From: Propionibacteriaceae bacterium
GTDB taxonomy: Bacteria; Actinomycetota; Actinomycetes; Propionibacteriales; Propionibacteriaceae
NCBI GenBank assembly: GCA_009778535.1
Contig: WRJP01000001.1
Coordinates: 1-44,869, forward strand
Direction: 5' to 3'
Length of the DNA: 44,869 nucleotides
Shown in pieces: positions 28,471 through 39,197 of the stretch; position 1 is the stretch's first letter; every line of letters begins with the position of its first letter. The position numbers were made by a program, and so were the translations under genes. The notes below the pieces were generated by a model. It did no database searches and was not told the origin of the DNA. It was given only the letters and a program-made list of their open reading frames with translations.

Positions 28471-28503
28471 CCAAGGGGTTTCCTTAAACCGGACCTTCCC
28501 TGG
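28471..28503 (-). promoter_or_regulatory. Candidate S8-binding autoregulatory hairpin
   Basis: CCAGGGAAGGUCC-GGUUUAA-GGAAACCCCUUGG abutting the rpsH RBS, in the only large gap of the operon. Confidence 0.5.
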
Positions 28504-28529
28504 TTTGTTCTTCCTCGAATAGAGAGCTA

Positions 28530-28715
28530 CTACCAACTGGACTTCGTCACACCAGGCAGTTCGCCAGCGTGCGCTAGTTCACGGACACAGATACGGCACA
28601 GGCCGAACTTGCGATACACCGACTTTGGCCGACCACAGCGGTTGCAGCGGGTATACCCTCTAACAGCGAATTTTGGTTTGCGAGAGTTCTTAACTTTCAG
28701 CGCAGTTTTTGCCAT
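28530..28715 (-). CDS. rpsN: 30S ribosomal protein S14, zinc-binding (type Z)
   Basis: 61 aa; RCNRCGRP...LCRIC.R. Confidence 0.97.
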   Translation of the reverse strand: MAKTALKVKNSRKPKFAVRGYTRCNRCGRPKSVYRKFGLCRICVRELAHAGELPGVTKSSW

Positions 28716-28722
28716 CTAGGTC

Positions 28723-29355
28723 TCACTTCTTTTTCTTGCCGGTGAAAATCGGACGGCGACGTACTCCAGCATTCTTGTCAACCTCATTCTCGGGTGCCTT
28801 GAATGGGAATCCGAGTGCCTTCAACAGCGCGCGGCCTTCATCGTCAGTCTTAGCGGTTGTGACGATGGTAATGTCCATGCCACGCAACTTATCTATCTTG
28901 TCTTGGTTAATCTCGTGGAACACCACTTGTTCGGTGAGTCCAAAAGTGTAGTTTCCGCGACCATCAAATTGGCGTGCAGACAGCCCCCGGAAGTCACGAA
29001 TGCGCGGCAGTGCAATAGTGAGCAGCCGGTCTGCGAACTCCCACATCCGATCACCACGCAGCGTCACATGTGCGCCAATCTGCATCCCCTCACGCAACTT
29101 GAATTGTGCGATGGATTTACGGGCTTTAGTGATAGTCGGTTTTTGACCCGTGATCTGAGTTAGGTCACGAACCGCGTTGTCGATCACCTTGGAATCGCGG
29201 GCAGCCTCGCCCACACCCATGTTGACGACAATCTTGGTGAGGCCAGGAATCTGCATCACATTTTCGTATTTGAATTCTTCCTGCATCGCCGGAATGATCT
29301 CGCTGCGATAGCGCAACTTGAGCCGTGGCGGAACTTTGGTCTTTGTTTCAGCCAT
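28723..29355 (-). CDS. rplE: 50S ribosomal protein L5
   Basis: [27 protein letters not shown]. Confidence 0.97.
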   Translation of the reverse strand: MAETKTKVPPRLKLRYRSEIIPAMQEEFKYENVMQIPGLTKIVVNMGVGEAARDSKVIDNAVRDLTQITGQKPTITKARKSIAQFKLREGMQIGAHVTLRGDRMWEFADRLLTIALPRIRDFRGLSARQFDGRGNYTFGLTEQVVFHEINQDKIDKLRGMDITIVTTAKTDDEGRALLKALGFPFKAPENEVDKNAGVRRRPIFTGKKKK

Positions 29356-29732
29356 CAGATTTCCTTACCGGTCTTTCGAGAGATACGCACGCTGCGAGTC
29401 GCAGTGTAGGCGGTACCATCAGGGCGAGTCCGCTTGACTTCCTCACGTTTGTACCCGACCCGTGTCACTACCTCTTGGCGATCCACCCGCACTAGCAGTT
29501 GCACATTGGAAGCGTCAATCGGCGCTTCGGCAGTGATGATGCCGCCAGGAGTGTTTTGACGAGTTTGGGTGCTAGGACGATCTTTGCGGTGTTTCTTGAC
29601 CAGGTTTACCCCTTGCACCACCACGCGGCCATTCTTGGGGTCGACTGAAATGATCTCACCCTTGGCACCCTTATCTTTGCCTGCGATGACCATGACGCGG
29701 TCACCCTTTTTCACATGCAGCGTTTTAGCCAT
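29355..29732 (-). CDS. rplX: 50S ribosomal protein L24
   Basis: [16 protein letters not shown] motif, EAPI..SNV. Confidence 0.97.
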   Translation of the reverse strand: MAKTLHVKKGDRVMVIAGKDKGAKGEIISVDPKNGRVVVQGVNLVKKHRKDRPSTQTRQNTPGGIITAEAPIDASNVQLLVRVDRQEVVTRVGYKREEVKRTRPDGTAYTATRSVRISRKTGKEI

Positions 29733-30100
29733 TAGATCACCTCTGGCGCTAGCGAAATGATGCGCATGTAACGCTTCTCGCGTAACTCGCGCCCTACTGG
29801 ACCGAAAATACGAGTGCCGCGCGGTTCCCCATCGGGTTTGAGCAGCACTGCCGCATTTTCGTCGAATTTGATGTACGAGCCGTCGGCGCGACGGGTGGAT
29901 TTGGTGGTGCGTACGACTACAGCCTTTACGATTTCACCTTTCTTCACCCCGCCGCCAGGGATAGCATCTTTGACCGTAGCGACGATGGTGTCGCCCAGTC
30001 CGGCGTAACGCCGTTTTGAGCCTCCCAGCACGCGAATACAAAGCAGCTCTTTGGCGCCGGTGTTATCGGCAACCTTGAGTCTGGTCTCCTGTTGGATCAT
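29732..30100 (-). CDS. rplN: 50S ribosomal protein L14
   Basis: [17 protein letters not shown]...IISLAPEVI. Confidence 0.97.
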   Translation of the reverse strand: MIQQETRLKVADNTGAKELLCIRVLGGSKRRYAGLGDTIVATVKDAIPGGGVKKGEIVKAVVVRTTKSTRRADGSYIKFDENAAVLLKPDGEPRGTRIFGPVGRELREKRYMRIISLAPEVI

Positions 30101-30107
30101 CGCTGCC

Positions 30108-30377
30108 TCACTTCGCCTTCTCGACGATCTCGACCAGCCGCCAACGCTTAGTAGCCGAAAGCGGGCGTGTTTCCATCGCTCGCACCCGGTCTCCCATGCC
30201 TGCACTGTTTTCTTCGTCATGAACGTTGATCCGCTGGGTCTTTGTCATAACCTTGCTGTAAAGCGGATGCTTCACTCGGCTTTCGACCAGAACCACAATC
30301 GTCTTATCCATCTTGGTGCTCACCACAACGCCCTCACGAACCTTGCGGGAGCCACGGGTAAGTGTCTTCTCACTCAT
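30108..30377 (-). CDS. rpsQ: 30S ribosomal protein S17
   Basis: [26 protein letters not shown]. Confidence 0.97.
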   Translation of the reverse strand: MSEKTLTRGSRKVREGVVVSTKMDKTIVVLVESRVKHPLYSKVMTKTQRINVHDEENSAGMGDRVRAMETRPLSATKRWRLVEIVEKAK

Positions 30378-30382
30378 TTATT

Positions 30383-30610
30383 TCACTCATCCTCATCTGG
30401 ATCTGCAATGATGCCGAGGTTCAACTCCTGCAACACCGTATACACCCTGGCGATGTCTTTTCGTGCTTCACGCAATCTTCCATGGGTATCCAGTTGGCCA
30501 GTTGCTGCCGCGAATCGTAATCCGAACAGTTCTTCTTTCAACTGGGCGACTTTGGCGTCTAGTTCGACCCGAGACAGGCCGCGAAGCTCTGCTGCTGTCA
30601 AAGATGCCAT
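30383..30610 (-). CDS. rpmC: 50S ribosomal protein L29
   Basis: [22 protein letters not shown]. Confidence 0.96.
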   Translation of the reverse strand: MASLTAAELRGLSRVELDAKVAQLKEELFGLRFAAATGQLDTHGRLREARKDIARVYTVLQELNLGIIADPDEDE

Positions 30611-31029
30611 TACAGATCACCTACTTCCCGTTTGATGAAACGTGCTTTGAAGGGCAGTTTATGAATAGCTAACCGCATGGCTTCACGGGCTACGTCTTCG
30701 CTGATACCTGCCAGTTCAAACAACACCCGTCCGGGCTTGACGTTGACAACCCACCATTCGGGGGAACCTTTACCAGAACCCATCCGAGTTTCAGCCGGCT
30801 TTTTCGTCAAAGGACGATCCGGGTAGACGTTAATCCAAACCTTGCCGCCACGCTTGATGTGACGAGTCATGGCAATACGAGCACTCTCTATCTGCCTATT
30901 GGTCAAATACGAAGATTCGAGCGCTTGGATGCCGTACTCACCGAAGGCCAGCTTGGTGCCGCCCTTTGCCTGACCGCCACGCTTTGGGTGGTGCTGCTTG
31001 CGGTGCTTTAACCGCCTGGGAATTAACAT
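30610..31029 (-). CDS. rplP: 50S ribosomal protein L16
   Basis: [24 protein letters not shown]. Confidence 0.97.
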   Translation of the reverse strand: MLIPRRLKHRKQHHPKRGGQAKGGTKLAFGEYGIQALESSYLTNRQIESARIAMTRHIKRGGKVWINVYPDRPLTKKPAETRMGSGKGSPEWWVVNVKPGRVLFELAGISEDVAREAMRLAIHKLPFKARFIKREVGDL

Positions 31030-31030
31030 T

Positions 31031-31864
31031 TCAGGCTCCTGCACTTTCTGTTACTGCTACCGGAGCTGGCTCTGTAGGAGCGGCAGCTTCAGCGTTTTGT
31101 CGCTGTGCGCCGCGTTCACTGCGTTCGCCACGCTCGCCTCTATTGCCATCACGGCGCGGGCCGCGACCGGGACGGTTTTGCCCACCGCGTGAACCAGCAA
31201 GCTGACGCTTTGCTCGCATTTCAGCGCGCTCTTGCCGGTTGCCGGACACGTCGCCTTTATAAATCCAAACCTTGACTCCGATGCGACCGAAGGTGGTCTT
31301 CGCTTCGTAGAAGCCGTAGTCGATGTCAGCACGCAACGTGTGTAGCGGAACTCGGCCTTCACGATAGAACTCCGAACGGCTCATTTCAGCGCCGCCCAAA
31401 CGACCGCTGCACTGAATCCGGATGCCCAACGCACCGCCGCGCATCGCTGACTGTTGCGCTTTACGCATGGCGCGTCTAAAAGCCACCCGCGCCCCAAGCT
31501 GTTCGGCAATGCCTTGCGCTACCAGTTGCGCGTCGGTCTCGGCGTTCTTCACCTCAAGGATGTTCACCTCGACCTGTTTGCCAGTCATTTTTTCCAGATC
31601 AGAGCGCAACTTCTCCGCAGATTCACCGCTACGTCCAATGACGATGCCCGGACGCGCCGCGTGCAGGAAAATGCGCACCCGGCCGCTACGACGCTCCAAC
31701 TCAATGCTGGAAACACCAGCGCGTTCCAGCGTCTTGTGCAAGAAACGCCTGATCTTCACATCTTCGGCCAGCAGTGCCGAATACTCTTTGTCGGTGTACC
31801 AACGGGTCTTGTGGTCTGTGGTGATTCCTAGACGGAAGCCATGCGGATTAACCTTTTGCCCCAT
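31031..31864 (-). CDS. rpsC: 30S ribosomal protein S3
   Basis: [27 protein letters not shown]. Confidence 0.97.
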   Translation of the reverse strand: MGQKVNPHGFRLGITTDHKTRWYTDKEYSALLAEDVKIRRFLHKTLERAGVSSIELERRSGRVRIFLHAARPGIVIGRSGESAEKLRSDLEKMTGKQVEVNILEVKNAETDAQLVAQGIAEQLGARVAFRRAMRKAQQSAMRGGALGIRIQCSGRLGGAEMSRSEFYREGRVPLHTLRADIDYGFYEAKTTFGRIGVKVWIYKGDVSGNRQERAEMRAKRQLAGSRGGQNRPGRGPRRDGNRGERGERSERGAQRQNAEAAAPTEPAPVAVTESAGA

Positions 31865-31866
31865 GC

Positions 31867-32268
31867 TTAGAATCCCTTCTGTTCTTTAGGTTCTACGACG
31901 ACGGTGATATGACTTCCGCGCTTCAAGATACGTGAAGCCGAACCCTTGGCTCTGGGTCGGATTCTGCGCAACGTCATGCCGTCGTCAACAAAAGCCTGCG
32001 AAATGAAGAGTTCCTCTGCCCGCAGCCCTTCCACTTCGGAAGCATTAGCTGTTGCCGAAGCCAGCACCTTATACACCGGCTCAGAAGCGGCCTGCGGCGC
32101 AAACTTCAAAACGTCCAAAGCAGCAGGGACATCCATCCCGCGCACCAAATCGACTACTCGGCGTACCTTCGTGGGAGACATCCGAACATGGCGGGCAATG
32201 GCATACGCACCTGACCGCTCACCAAGCAGTGAGTTACGACGGGCACTGGTTTCATTTGTTTTACTCAT
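31867..32268 (-). CDS. rplV: 50S ribosomal protein L22
   Basis: [19 protein letters not shown]....I.KR.SHITV. Confidence 0.97.
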   Translation of the reverse strand: MSKTNETSARRNSLLGERSGAYAIARHVRMSPTKVRRVVDLVRGMDVPAALDVLKFAPQAASEPVYKVLASATANASEVEGLRAEELFISQAFVDDGMTLRRIRPRAKGSASRILKRGSHITVVVEPKEQKGF

Positions 32269-32282
32269 TTGAACCACTCCCT

Positions 32283-32564
32283 CTAGCGCCGACGCGCTTT
32301 CTTGTCGTCTTTTACGTGACCGCGGTAGGTGCGAGTCGGAGCGAATTCACCGAGTTTGTGCCCGATCATCGACTCGGTTACGAACACCGGCACATGTTTG
32401 CGTCCATCGTGAACCGCAATGGTATGTCCGATCATGTCCGGCGTAATCATTGAGCGCCGCGACCAAGTCTTTATTACCTGCTTGTTGCCCTTTTCGTTCT
32501 GTGCATCTACTTTCTTTTGTAGATGATCGTCTACGAAAGGACCTTTCTTTAAGCTACGTGGCAT
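32283..32564 (-). CDS. rpsS: 30S ribosomal protein S19
   Basis: [23 protein letters not shown]. Confidence 0.98.
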   Translation of the reverse strand: MPRSLKKGPFVDDHLQKKVDAQNEKGNKQVIKTWSRRSMITPDMIGHTIAVHDGRKHVPVFVTESMIGHKLGEFAPTRTYRGHVKDDKKARRR

Positions 32565-32575
32565 ATCAGTTCCTA

Positions 32576-33412
32576 TCAGCGCTTCTTGCCGGACTTGCGA
32601 CGACGTATGATCATTCGACTACTTGCTTTGTTCTTATCTCGGGTACGACCCTCTTTTTTGCCCCATGGCGTTGAGGGATGACGGCCTCCAGAGGATTTGC
32701 CTTCGCCACCACCATGCGGATGGTCAATCGGGTTCATTGCGACACCGCGAACTGTTGGCCGTACACCCTTCCAGCGCATCCGGCCAGCTTTACCCCAGTT
32801 GATGTTTGATTGTTCGGCGTTACCAACTTCGCCTACTGTCGCGCGGCAGCGAATGTCCACCATGCGCATTTCGCCAGATGGAAGCCGCAACGTTGCATAG
32901 CGGCCTTCACGAGCTACGAGCTGGATGCGCGCACCGGCGGAACGTCCCAACTTGGCACTGCCTCCCGGACGCATTTCCACCGCATGAACCACAGTACCGA
33001 CTGGGATATTACGCAGCGGAAGATTATTGCCAGGTTTAATATCTGCGCCTTCGCCAGCTTCAACCATTGCCCCTTGAGCTAGACCCAACGGAGCGATAAT
33101 GTAACGCTTTTCGCCATCAAGGTAGTGCAAGAGTGCAATACGGGCTGTGCGGTTCGGATCGTATTCGATATGCGCAACTTTGGCCGGAATACCGTCCTTG
33201 TCATAGCGTTTGAAGTCAATGAGACGGTATGCCTGCTTGTGACCTCCACCGATGTGTCGGGTTGTGATACGCCCGGAGCTGTTGCGTCCCCCAGTCTTTG
33301 GCTTTGGTACCAGCAGCGATTTTTCCGGAGTTGAACGAGTCAACTCACCGAAATCCGCAACTGAGGAGCCTCTGCGCCCTGGAGTTGTCGGCTTGTATTT
33401 AAGAATTGCCAT
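32576..33412 (-). CDS. rplB: 50S ribosomal protein L2
   Basis: [29 protein letters not shown]. Confidence 0.98.
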   Translation of the reverse strand: MAILKYKPTTPGRRGSSVADFGELTRSTPEKSLLVPKPKTGGRNSSGRITTRHIGGGHKQAYRLIDFKRYDKDGIPAKVAHIEYDPNRTARIALLHYLDGEKRYIIAPLGLAQGAMVEAGEGADIKPGNNLPLRNIPVGTVVHAVEMRPGGSAKLGRSAGARIQLVAREGRYATLRLPSGEMRMVDIRCRATVGEVGNAEQSNINWGKAGRMRWKGVRPTVRGVAMNPIDHPHGGGEGKSSGGRHPSTPWGKKEGRTRDKNKASSRMIIRRRKSGKKR

Positions 33413-33425
33413 TATCGCCCCCTAC

Positions 33426-33731
33426 TCAGACCGATGGTCCTGAGAAGATGTCAATCCGCTGCCCTTCGGCAACGCTGACGATTGCTCGCTTGGTATCTGG
33501 GCGCTTTCCCCAGCCTGCCCTAGTCCGGCGACGCTTCCCATTTCTGTTGATGGTGTTAACCGCAGTGACCTTGACATTGAAAAGCTGCTCGACCGCGATC
33601 TTTATCTCTGTCTTGTTTGCATTCGGGGCGACGATGAAGGTGTATTTGTTTTCATCAAGGAGCCCGTAGCTCTTTTCGGAAACCACTGGTGCCAACAGTA
33701 CGTCACGGTGGTGATTCAAAAAGTTACTCAT
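33426..33731 (-). CDS. rplW: 50S ribosomal protein L23
   Basis: PVVSEKS, ANKTEIK.AVE, KRAIV. Confidence 0.97.
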   Translation of the reverse strand: MSNFLNHHRDVLLAPVVSEKSYGLLDENKYTFIVAPNANKTEIKIAVEQLFNVKVTAVNTINRNGKRRRTRAGWGKRPDTKRAIVSVAEGQRIDIFSGPSV

Positions 33732-34926
33732 CAGTTGCCTCCGCTTCGCTCACTTTCTTCGTCCTACGAACCGCAGGTTTGGCGGGCTTTTCAGCCTCCG
33801 CAACCGCGACAGCCTCGGCTACTGCTGCTTCAGCTTCAGCCAGGATGTCCACCTTTGGCTTCGCAGTCCGCTTCGCAGCAGGCTTGGCTGGTGCCTTCGC
33901 CACAGCCTCGCTAGCTTTATCGGCTGCTGCGTCAACAACCTGAGTCACCTTGGGCTTGGGGGTTCGCTTCACGGCTGGCTTCTTGGGTGCAGCCTCGGCA
34001 GTTTCAACAGTTTCGCTGGCCGGTTCTGCTGCTGCTTCGACTACCGGCTTTGGTTTTGGAGTCCGCTTGGCTGCTGGTTTCTTTACGACTTCGGCTACTG
34101 CGGCAACTGCCTTATCAGCAGCGTTGTCTGACGCCTCCACTACTTCGGCTACAACTTCTTCGGTTACCGCAGCTTCAGTTTCAACTTCTGCCTCAGCTTC
34201 GGGAGCAGCTTCGACGACTTCAGTCTTCTTTGGCGTTCGAGCTTTGCTGGCCGTCTTAGTCGTTGCAGCCTCGTCTTTATCAGCTTTGGCTTCGACTGCG
34301 ACAGTGACCACATCGCCGTCAACGAACTGGGCGAAAGCCGCAGCTGTGAAAACTACCTGATCGGCGCGCAGTACGTCATAGCTATTGAGTTGATCTACGG
34401 CGATTGCCAACATCGAGGGGACGTTCCGCAGGCTCATCCAAGCTACGTCTTCGTCTCGGGTAATGACTACCAATACTTTCTGATCGGCGATTGCCGCTAA
34501 CGCTTTCAGAGCGGCCTTTGTTGAAGGTGTTTCGCCTTCCACAAGGTTGTTGACCACATGAATACGATCTTCACGGGCGCGATCAGACAGTGCGCCGCGT
34601 AGGGCTGCTGCAATCATTTTCTTTGGCGTGCGCTGGGAATAGTCACGCGGCTTCGGGCCGTGTGCTACTCCGCCGCCAGTCCACTGCGGGGCTCTTCTGG
34701 AGCCGTGACGGGCGCGGCCGGTGCCTTTTTGCCGCCACGGTTTCGCGCCACCGCCGGAAACTTCGCCGCGCGTAAGTGTGGAATGTGTGCCTTGGCGGGC
34801 TGCTGCCAGTTGCGCCACAACGACCTGATGAATCAACGGAACATTGGTTTGCACATCGAAGAATTCAACAGGGAGCTGCACTGCTGTCTCGGCGTCAAGA
34901 ATACGTGCGCTTCTAACTTCGCTCAT
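33724..34926 (-). CDS. rplD: 50S ribosomal protein L4 with long low-complexity C-terminal extension (400 aa)
   Basis: RQGTH...[25 protein letters not shown]; L4 core ends near residue 205; overlaps rplC and rplW at both ends. Confidence 0.96.
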   Translation of the reverse strand: MSEVRSARILDAETAVQLPVEFFDVQTNVPLIHQVVVAQLAAARQGTHSTLTRGEVSGGGAKPWRQKGTGRARHGSRRAPQWTGGGVAHGPKPRDYSQRTPKKMIAAALRGALSDRAREDRIHVVNNLVEGETPSTKAALKALAAIADQKVLVVITRDEDVAWMSLRNVPSMLAIAVDQLNSYDVLRADQVVFTAAAFAQFVDGDVVTVAVEAKADKDEAATTKTASKARTPKKTEVVEAAPEAEAEVETEAAVTEEVVAEVVEASDNAADKAVAAVAEVVKKPAAKRTPKPKPVVEAAAEPASETVETAEAAPKKPAVKRTPKPKVTQVVDAAADKASEAVAKAPAKPAAKRTAKPKVDILAEAEAAVAEAVAVAEAEKPAKPAVRRTKKVSEAEATDE

Positions 34927-35579
34927 ACCTGGGCTCCCTTCTTGGCAGCGCTACGAAGCACAACGAGGGCTCCCTTGGGGCCAGGGATACTTCCCTTAAC
35001 CAAGATCAGCCCTCGTTCGCTATCTACCGCATGAATTGAGAGATTTTGTACCGTCACGCGTTCCAGACCCATTCGTCCTGCCATTCGGGTGCCCTTAAAA
35101 ACGCGACCCGGTGTGGCGCAGGCTCCGATGCTGCCTGGAGAACGATGCTTACGGTGAACGCCATGACTGGCACGCAGTCCGTGGAAGCCGTGACGCTTCA
35201 TGACACCGGCGGTACCTTTGCCCTTGGTGATACCTGTCACGTCGATAATCTCGCCGTTTGTGAAGGTGTCAACGGTCAATTCCTGACCCAGGGTGTAGCT
35301 CGCGGCATCAGCGGTGCGTAACTCAACCAGATGTTTTCTGGGAGTAACGTCGGCTCGCTTGAAGTGTCCCGCTGCCGGTTTGGTGACTGACTTGGCCTTG
35401 ACTTGGCCGAATCCTAGTTGAACTGCCAGATAACCATCGGAATCTGGGGTGCGAATCTGGGTGACTACGCAAGGACCGGCTTGAATAACTGTTACGGGTA
35501 CGACTTTGTTGTTCTCGTCCCAGACTTGGGTCATCCCAAGTTTGGTGCCGAGTAGCCCCTTAATGTTTCTATCGCTCAT
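34923..35579 (-). CDS. rplC: 50S ribosomal protein L3
   Basis: [32 protein letters not shown]. Confidence 0.97.
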   Translation of the reverse strand: MSDRNIKGLLGTKLGMTQVWDENNKVVPVTVIQAGPCVVTQIRTPDSDGYLAVQLGFGQVKAKSVTKPAAGHFKRADVTPRKHLVELRTADAASYTLGQELTVDTFTNGEIIDVTGITKGKGTAGVMKRHGFHGLRASHGVHRKHRSPGSIGACATPGRVFKGTRMAGRMGLERVTVQNLSIHAVDSERGLILVKGSIPGPKGALVVLRSAAKKGAQV

Positions 35580-35589
35580 GTCCAGCGCC

Positions 35590-35901
35590 TCACGGAAGTT
35601 TGATCTCGATGTCAACACCAGCAGGAAGATCAAGCCGCATCAATGAGTCGACTGTCTTAGGTGTGGGATCGAGAATATCGATGAGCCGTTTGTGGGTGCG
35701 CATTTCAAAATGCTCACGGCTGTCCTTGTACTTATGAGGGGAACGGATTACGCAGAACACGTTCTTTTCGGTGGGCAACGGCACTGGTCCGGCTACTTTG
35801 GCACCGGTACGGGTCACTGTATCGACGATCTTTTTCGCCGAGGAGTCGATGACCTCGTGGTCGTAAGCCCGGAGTCTTATCCGGATCTTCTGAGTCGCCA
35901 C
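35590..35901 (-). CDS. rpsJ: 30S ribosomal protein S10
   Basis: [30 protein letters not shown]. Confidence 0.98.
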   Translation of the reverse strand: MATQKIRIRLRAYDHEVIDSSAKKIVDTVTRTGAKVAGPVPLPTEKNVFCVIRSPHKYKDSREHFEMRTHKRLIDILDPTPKTVDSLMRLDLPAGVDIEIKLP

Positions 35902-36180
35902 TATCTGTCCTTTGCTATCGCAGGTTTTCGTGCTGTCAGCATGTGGCTTTCAGCTTGATCACCTCTGGTATTTTCGGCTTGGTGCATCTATCCAATCCGA
36001 GGCGTTCCTCCGGTACCCGATGTCGGGTGTGTCGCATCGATTCTTGGCCGCGCGTAACCACAGATTGTTGGGTAACGGTTGAGCCAGATACATATCGCAC
36101 CTAACATTCCGGGAGTCCACGCTGGGTGTACGCACCGGAGCAACCTGTCTATTTTGCCATGAACACCGCTGTGGCTACAA
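35902..36180 (-). promoter_or_regulatory. Long structured 5' leader and candidate promoter of the S10 operon
   Basis: Candidate TTGTAG...GGCAAAAT near 36150-36180; leader contains GCGACACACCCGACATCGGGT hairpin (36015-36035). Confidence 0.5.
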
Positions 36181-36460
36181 ATCGGTGGTAAAACCTTTTC
36201 AGACAAGCACCGCTAACCATTTGATTGTCCGCGATCGGACTATCCCAGAGTTGAGCAGCGACCCGCAGAACCTGTACGGATGGGTCAAGTCATTTAGCTG
36301 TTGATGCGATGTTTCCATTAGTTAGGTTCACGTCGTGCATGTGCGTAGGCGACGATGACGATTTCTGAACCTGTGGTGTAGTAGAGACAGTTGAAGATGG
36401 CATGGCTACCGCCTCGGATACCCATGACCAGCCCAGGTGATGGCTGGCGGTAAGGCTGGT

Positions 36461-37483
36461 CTAATCAGCCAGCTCCCGATTTTCAGCTTCTGGTTGTTCG
36501 GCAGACTCAGCTTCACTTCGTTTACGGGAAACTGTCAGGCTGGCGATAGCGGTGATGGCAAGCGTAGCGACAATGACCAGCAGCGATGCCCAGATCGGTA
36601 TCTCGCCGTTGAAACCCAACCTCTGATCCCAGCCATAACCGTGCATGGCTTCCAAAAGCATTTTCACACCGATAAAACCCAAGATTATTGAAAGACCGAC
36701 AGAAAGATAGATCAACCGTTCCAGTAATCCCCCAAGTAAGAAGTAGAGCTGCCGTAACCCCATGAGTGCAAAGACGTTAGCTGTGAAAACAATGTAGGGC
36801 TCTTGCGTCAACCCAAAGATGGCCGGAATCGAATCGACGGCGAACAACACATCCGTGCTTCCCAAAGCGACCAGCACAACCAGCATCGGTGTGATTAGGC
36901 GCTTGCCATTCTCGACAACCACTAACTTCGTTTCACGATAATCATCGGTAGCTGGAAAGACCCGCTTAACCCAGCGCAGTAACGCATTTTCTGGCGCTTC
37001 CTCCTCCTCGCCTTTACGGTAATCGAGAAATAACTTGATGGCCGTAAAAATCAAGAAGACACCAAAGACGAAGAAAATCCACACGAACCGGGCAACCAGT
37101 GCCGCGCCGAGAGCTATGAAAATCCCACGGAACACCAATGCGAGCATTATCCCAATCATCAGAGCGAACTGCTGGAGATGCCTGGGAACCTTCAAAGCTG
37201 ACATTATGAGGATAAATATGAACAAATTGTCCATAGACAGGCTGTATTCAGTCAGATAGCCCGCAAAGAACTCTGCCCCAAAACGCGGTCCAGCAAAGAC
37301 CAAGATTCCAATACCGAAGATGATCGCCAAGCTGACAAAGACACCGATAGCGATGCCGCATTCTTTCATGGAAGGTTCATGCGGACGGCGTCCAATAATG
37401 GCCAGATCAACCACCATGATCGCTGTCAAACCAACCAGAGTGAGTACCCACATCAGGGGGGGTACGTTCATCAAAGACTCCAC
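36461..37483 (-). CDS. TerC/Alx family metal-homeostasis membrane protein
   Basis: GYLTEYSLSMDNLF, ALVFRGIFI, DVLFAVDSIPAI, NVFALMGLRQLYF; AGGAGG spacing favours GTG 37483. Confidence 0.92.
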   Translation of the reverse strand: MESLMNVPPLMWVLTLVGLTAIMVVDLAIIGRRPHEPSMKECGIAIGVFVSLAIIFGIGILVFAGPRFGAEFFAGYLTEYSLSMDNLFIFILIMSALKVPRHLQQFALMIGIMLALVFRGIFIALGAALVARFVWIFFVFGVFLIFTAIKLFLDYRKGEEEEAPENALLRWVKRVFPATDDYRETKLVVVENGKRLITPMLVVLVALGSTDVLFAVDSIPAIFGLTQEPYIVFTANVFALMGLRQLYFLLGGLLERLIYLSVGLSIILGFIGVKMLLEAMHGYGWDQRLGFNGEIPIWASLLVIVATLAITAIASLTVSRKRSEAESAEQPEAENRELAD

Positions 37484-37502
37484 CGGCACACCTCCTGTAG
37501 GT

Positions 37503-39197
37503 CTACTGCGTCCGTTTCTTAATGTTTGCCCATTCGTCGCGCAATCCTAGCGTGCGATGAAAAACGAGGTCGGTTACGTCAGGATTTTCTTCCCTAGCGA
37601 AATATCCCAACCGCTCAAACTGCACAACCTCCCCCAGGGCAGTATCGACCAATGCAGGCTCAACTTTGCAGTTTTCCAAACACTCAACCGAAGCTGGATT
37701 CAAATCATCAAGTGGATCACCACTGGCCTCCCCCGGAACCTCAGTGGAAAACAACCTGTCATACAAAAAGACCTGAGCATCAACAGCATGTGCCGCACTG
37801 ACCCAATGCATCGTCGATTTCACCTTACGCCCATCAGGAGCATCCCCGCCGCGAGTCGCCGGATCATAGCTGGCCTGAACTTCTACTACATTACCCGCTG
37901 CATCTTTAACCACGTCATGCGCCGAGATAAAATACGCGCCACGCAGCCGCACTTCACGCCCAACCGAAAGTCGGAAAAACTTCGGCGGCGGGATTTCAGC
38001 AAAATCGTCCTGCTCGATATAGAGCACCCCAGCGAACGGAACTGATCGGGTTCCAGCACCAGCGTCTTCGGGATTATTCATGACCTCGAAATACTCAACG
38101 ACCGGTGTACCATCGGCATTTTGCGGCCAGTTAGTAATCACAAGTTTCAACGGGCGCAACACCGCCATCCGACGTTGCGAAACCCGATTCAACTCGGCAC
38201 GTACGAAAGCTTCCAATTCTTCAATGGAATGCCGGGCATTAGTTTTATTCACACCAATATGGGTACAAAACGCTCGAATAGCCGCCGCCGGAAAACCCCG
38301 CCGCCGTAAACCAGACAACGTTGGCATTCGCGGGTCATCCCAACCAGTAACTATCTGATCAGTGATTAACTTCAACAATTTCCGCTTACTAGTGACAGTA
38401 TGAGTCAACTCCAAACGGGCAAACTCCAACTGCTGCGGCTTCTCAAACGGTAAATCCAACTGGGATAAATACCACTCATACAACGGCCGATGCGCGACAA
38501 ACTCCAACGTACACATCGAATGAGTGACCCCTTCAATAGCATCCGACTGGCCATGCGCCCAATCATACGTAGGATAGATACTCCAAACAGTCCCAGTACG
38601 GTGATGCGCCAACTTACGAATCCGATACATAACCGGATCGCGCAACTGCATATTTTCGGACTGCATATCAATCTTGGCACGCAGCACCTTAGACCCATCC
38701 TCAAACTCCCCGGCTCGCATCTGGCGAAACAACGCCAAACTTTCTTCAATTGGCCGATCACGGAAAGGGCTCTCTATCCCCCGATTACCATAGCCGCCAC
38801 GCTGCGCTGAGATAGTTTCGGCGTCCTGCTCATCGACATATGCCAACCCCTTCTCGATGAGATTTTCAGCCCACTCGTAGAGCTTTTCAAAATAGTCCGA
38901 GGCATAGCAGACGCTGTGCGGTGTAAACCCCAGCCACCCGATGTCTTTTATGATCGATTCGACGTATTCGACGTCCTCGGTGTCGGGGTTAGTATCGTCA
39001 AAACGCAGTTTACAAATCCCGCCGAACTGCTCCGCAATCCCAAAATCGGCCGTTATCGCCTTGGCGTGGCCGATATGCAGATAGCCATTCGGCTCGGGTG
39101 GGAACCTGGTCTGCACTCTGCCCGAATAGGTGCCTGCGGCGTTGTCGGCACGCACCACATCTGCTACGAAATCACCAACCGAAGTTTCAACACTCAT
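37503..39197 (-). CDS. glnS: Glutamine--tRNA ligase
   Basis: TRFPPEPNGYLHIGHAK, RDPVMYRI, YPTYDWAH...D..EGVTHS.CTLEF, SKRKL, WDDPRMPT, beta-barrel tail with EVRLR and QFERLGYF. Confidence 0.95.
   Translation of the reverse strand: MSVETSVGDFVADVVRADNAAGTYSGRVQTRFPPEPNGYLHIGHAKAITADFGIAEQFGGICKLRFDDTNPDTEDVEYVESIIKDIGWLGFTPHSVCYASDYFEKLYEWAENLIEKGLAYVDEQDAETISAQRGGYGNRGIESPFRDRPIEESLALFRQMRAGEFEDGSKVLRAKIDMQSENMQLRDPVMYRIRKLAHHRTGTVWSIYPTYDWAHGQSDAIEGVTHSMCTLEFVAHRPLYEWYLSQLDLPFEKPQQLEFARLELTHTVTSKRKLLKLITDQIVTGWDDPRMPTLSGLRRRGFPAAAIRAFCTHIGVNKTNARHSIEELEAFVRAELNRVSQRRMAVLRPLKLVITNWPQNADGTPVVEYFEVMNNPEDAGAGTRSVPFAGVLYIEQDDFAEIPPPKFFRLSVGREVRLRGAYFISAHDVVKDAAGNVVEVQASYDPATRGGDAPDGRKVKSTMHWVSAAHAVDAQVFLYDRLFSTEVPGEASGDPLDDLNPASVECLENCKVEPALVDTALGEVVQFERLGYFAREENPDVTDLVFHRTLGLRDEWANIKKRTQ

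Noticed and set aside
25837-35958. Many plus-strand ORFs across the ribosomal operon
   Set aside because: Antisense artefacts of codon bias in highly conserved genes.
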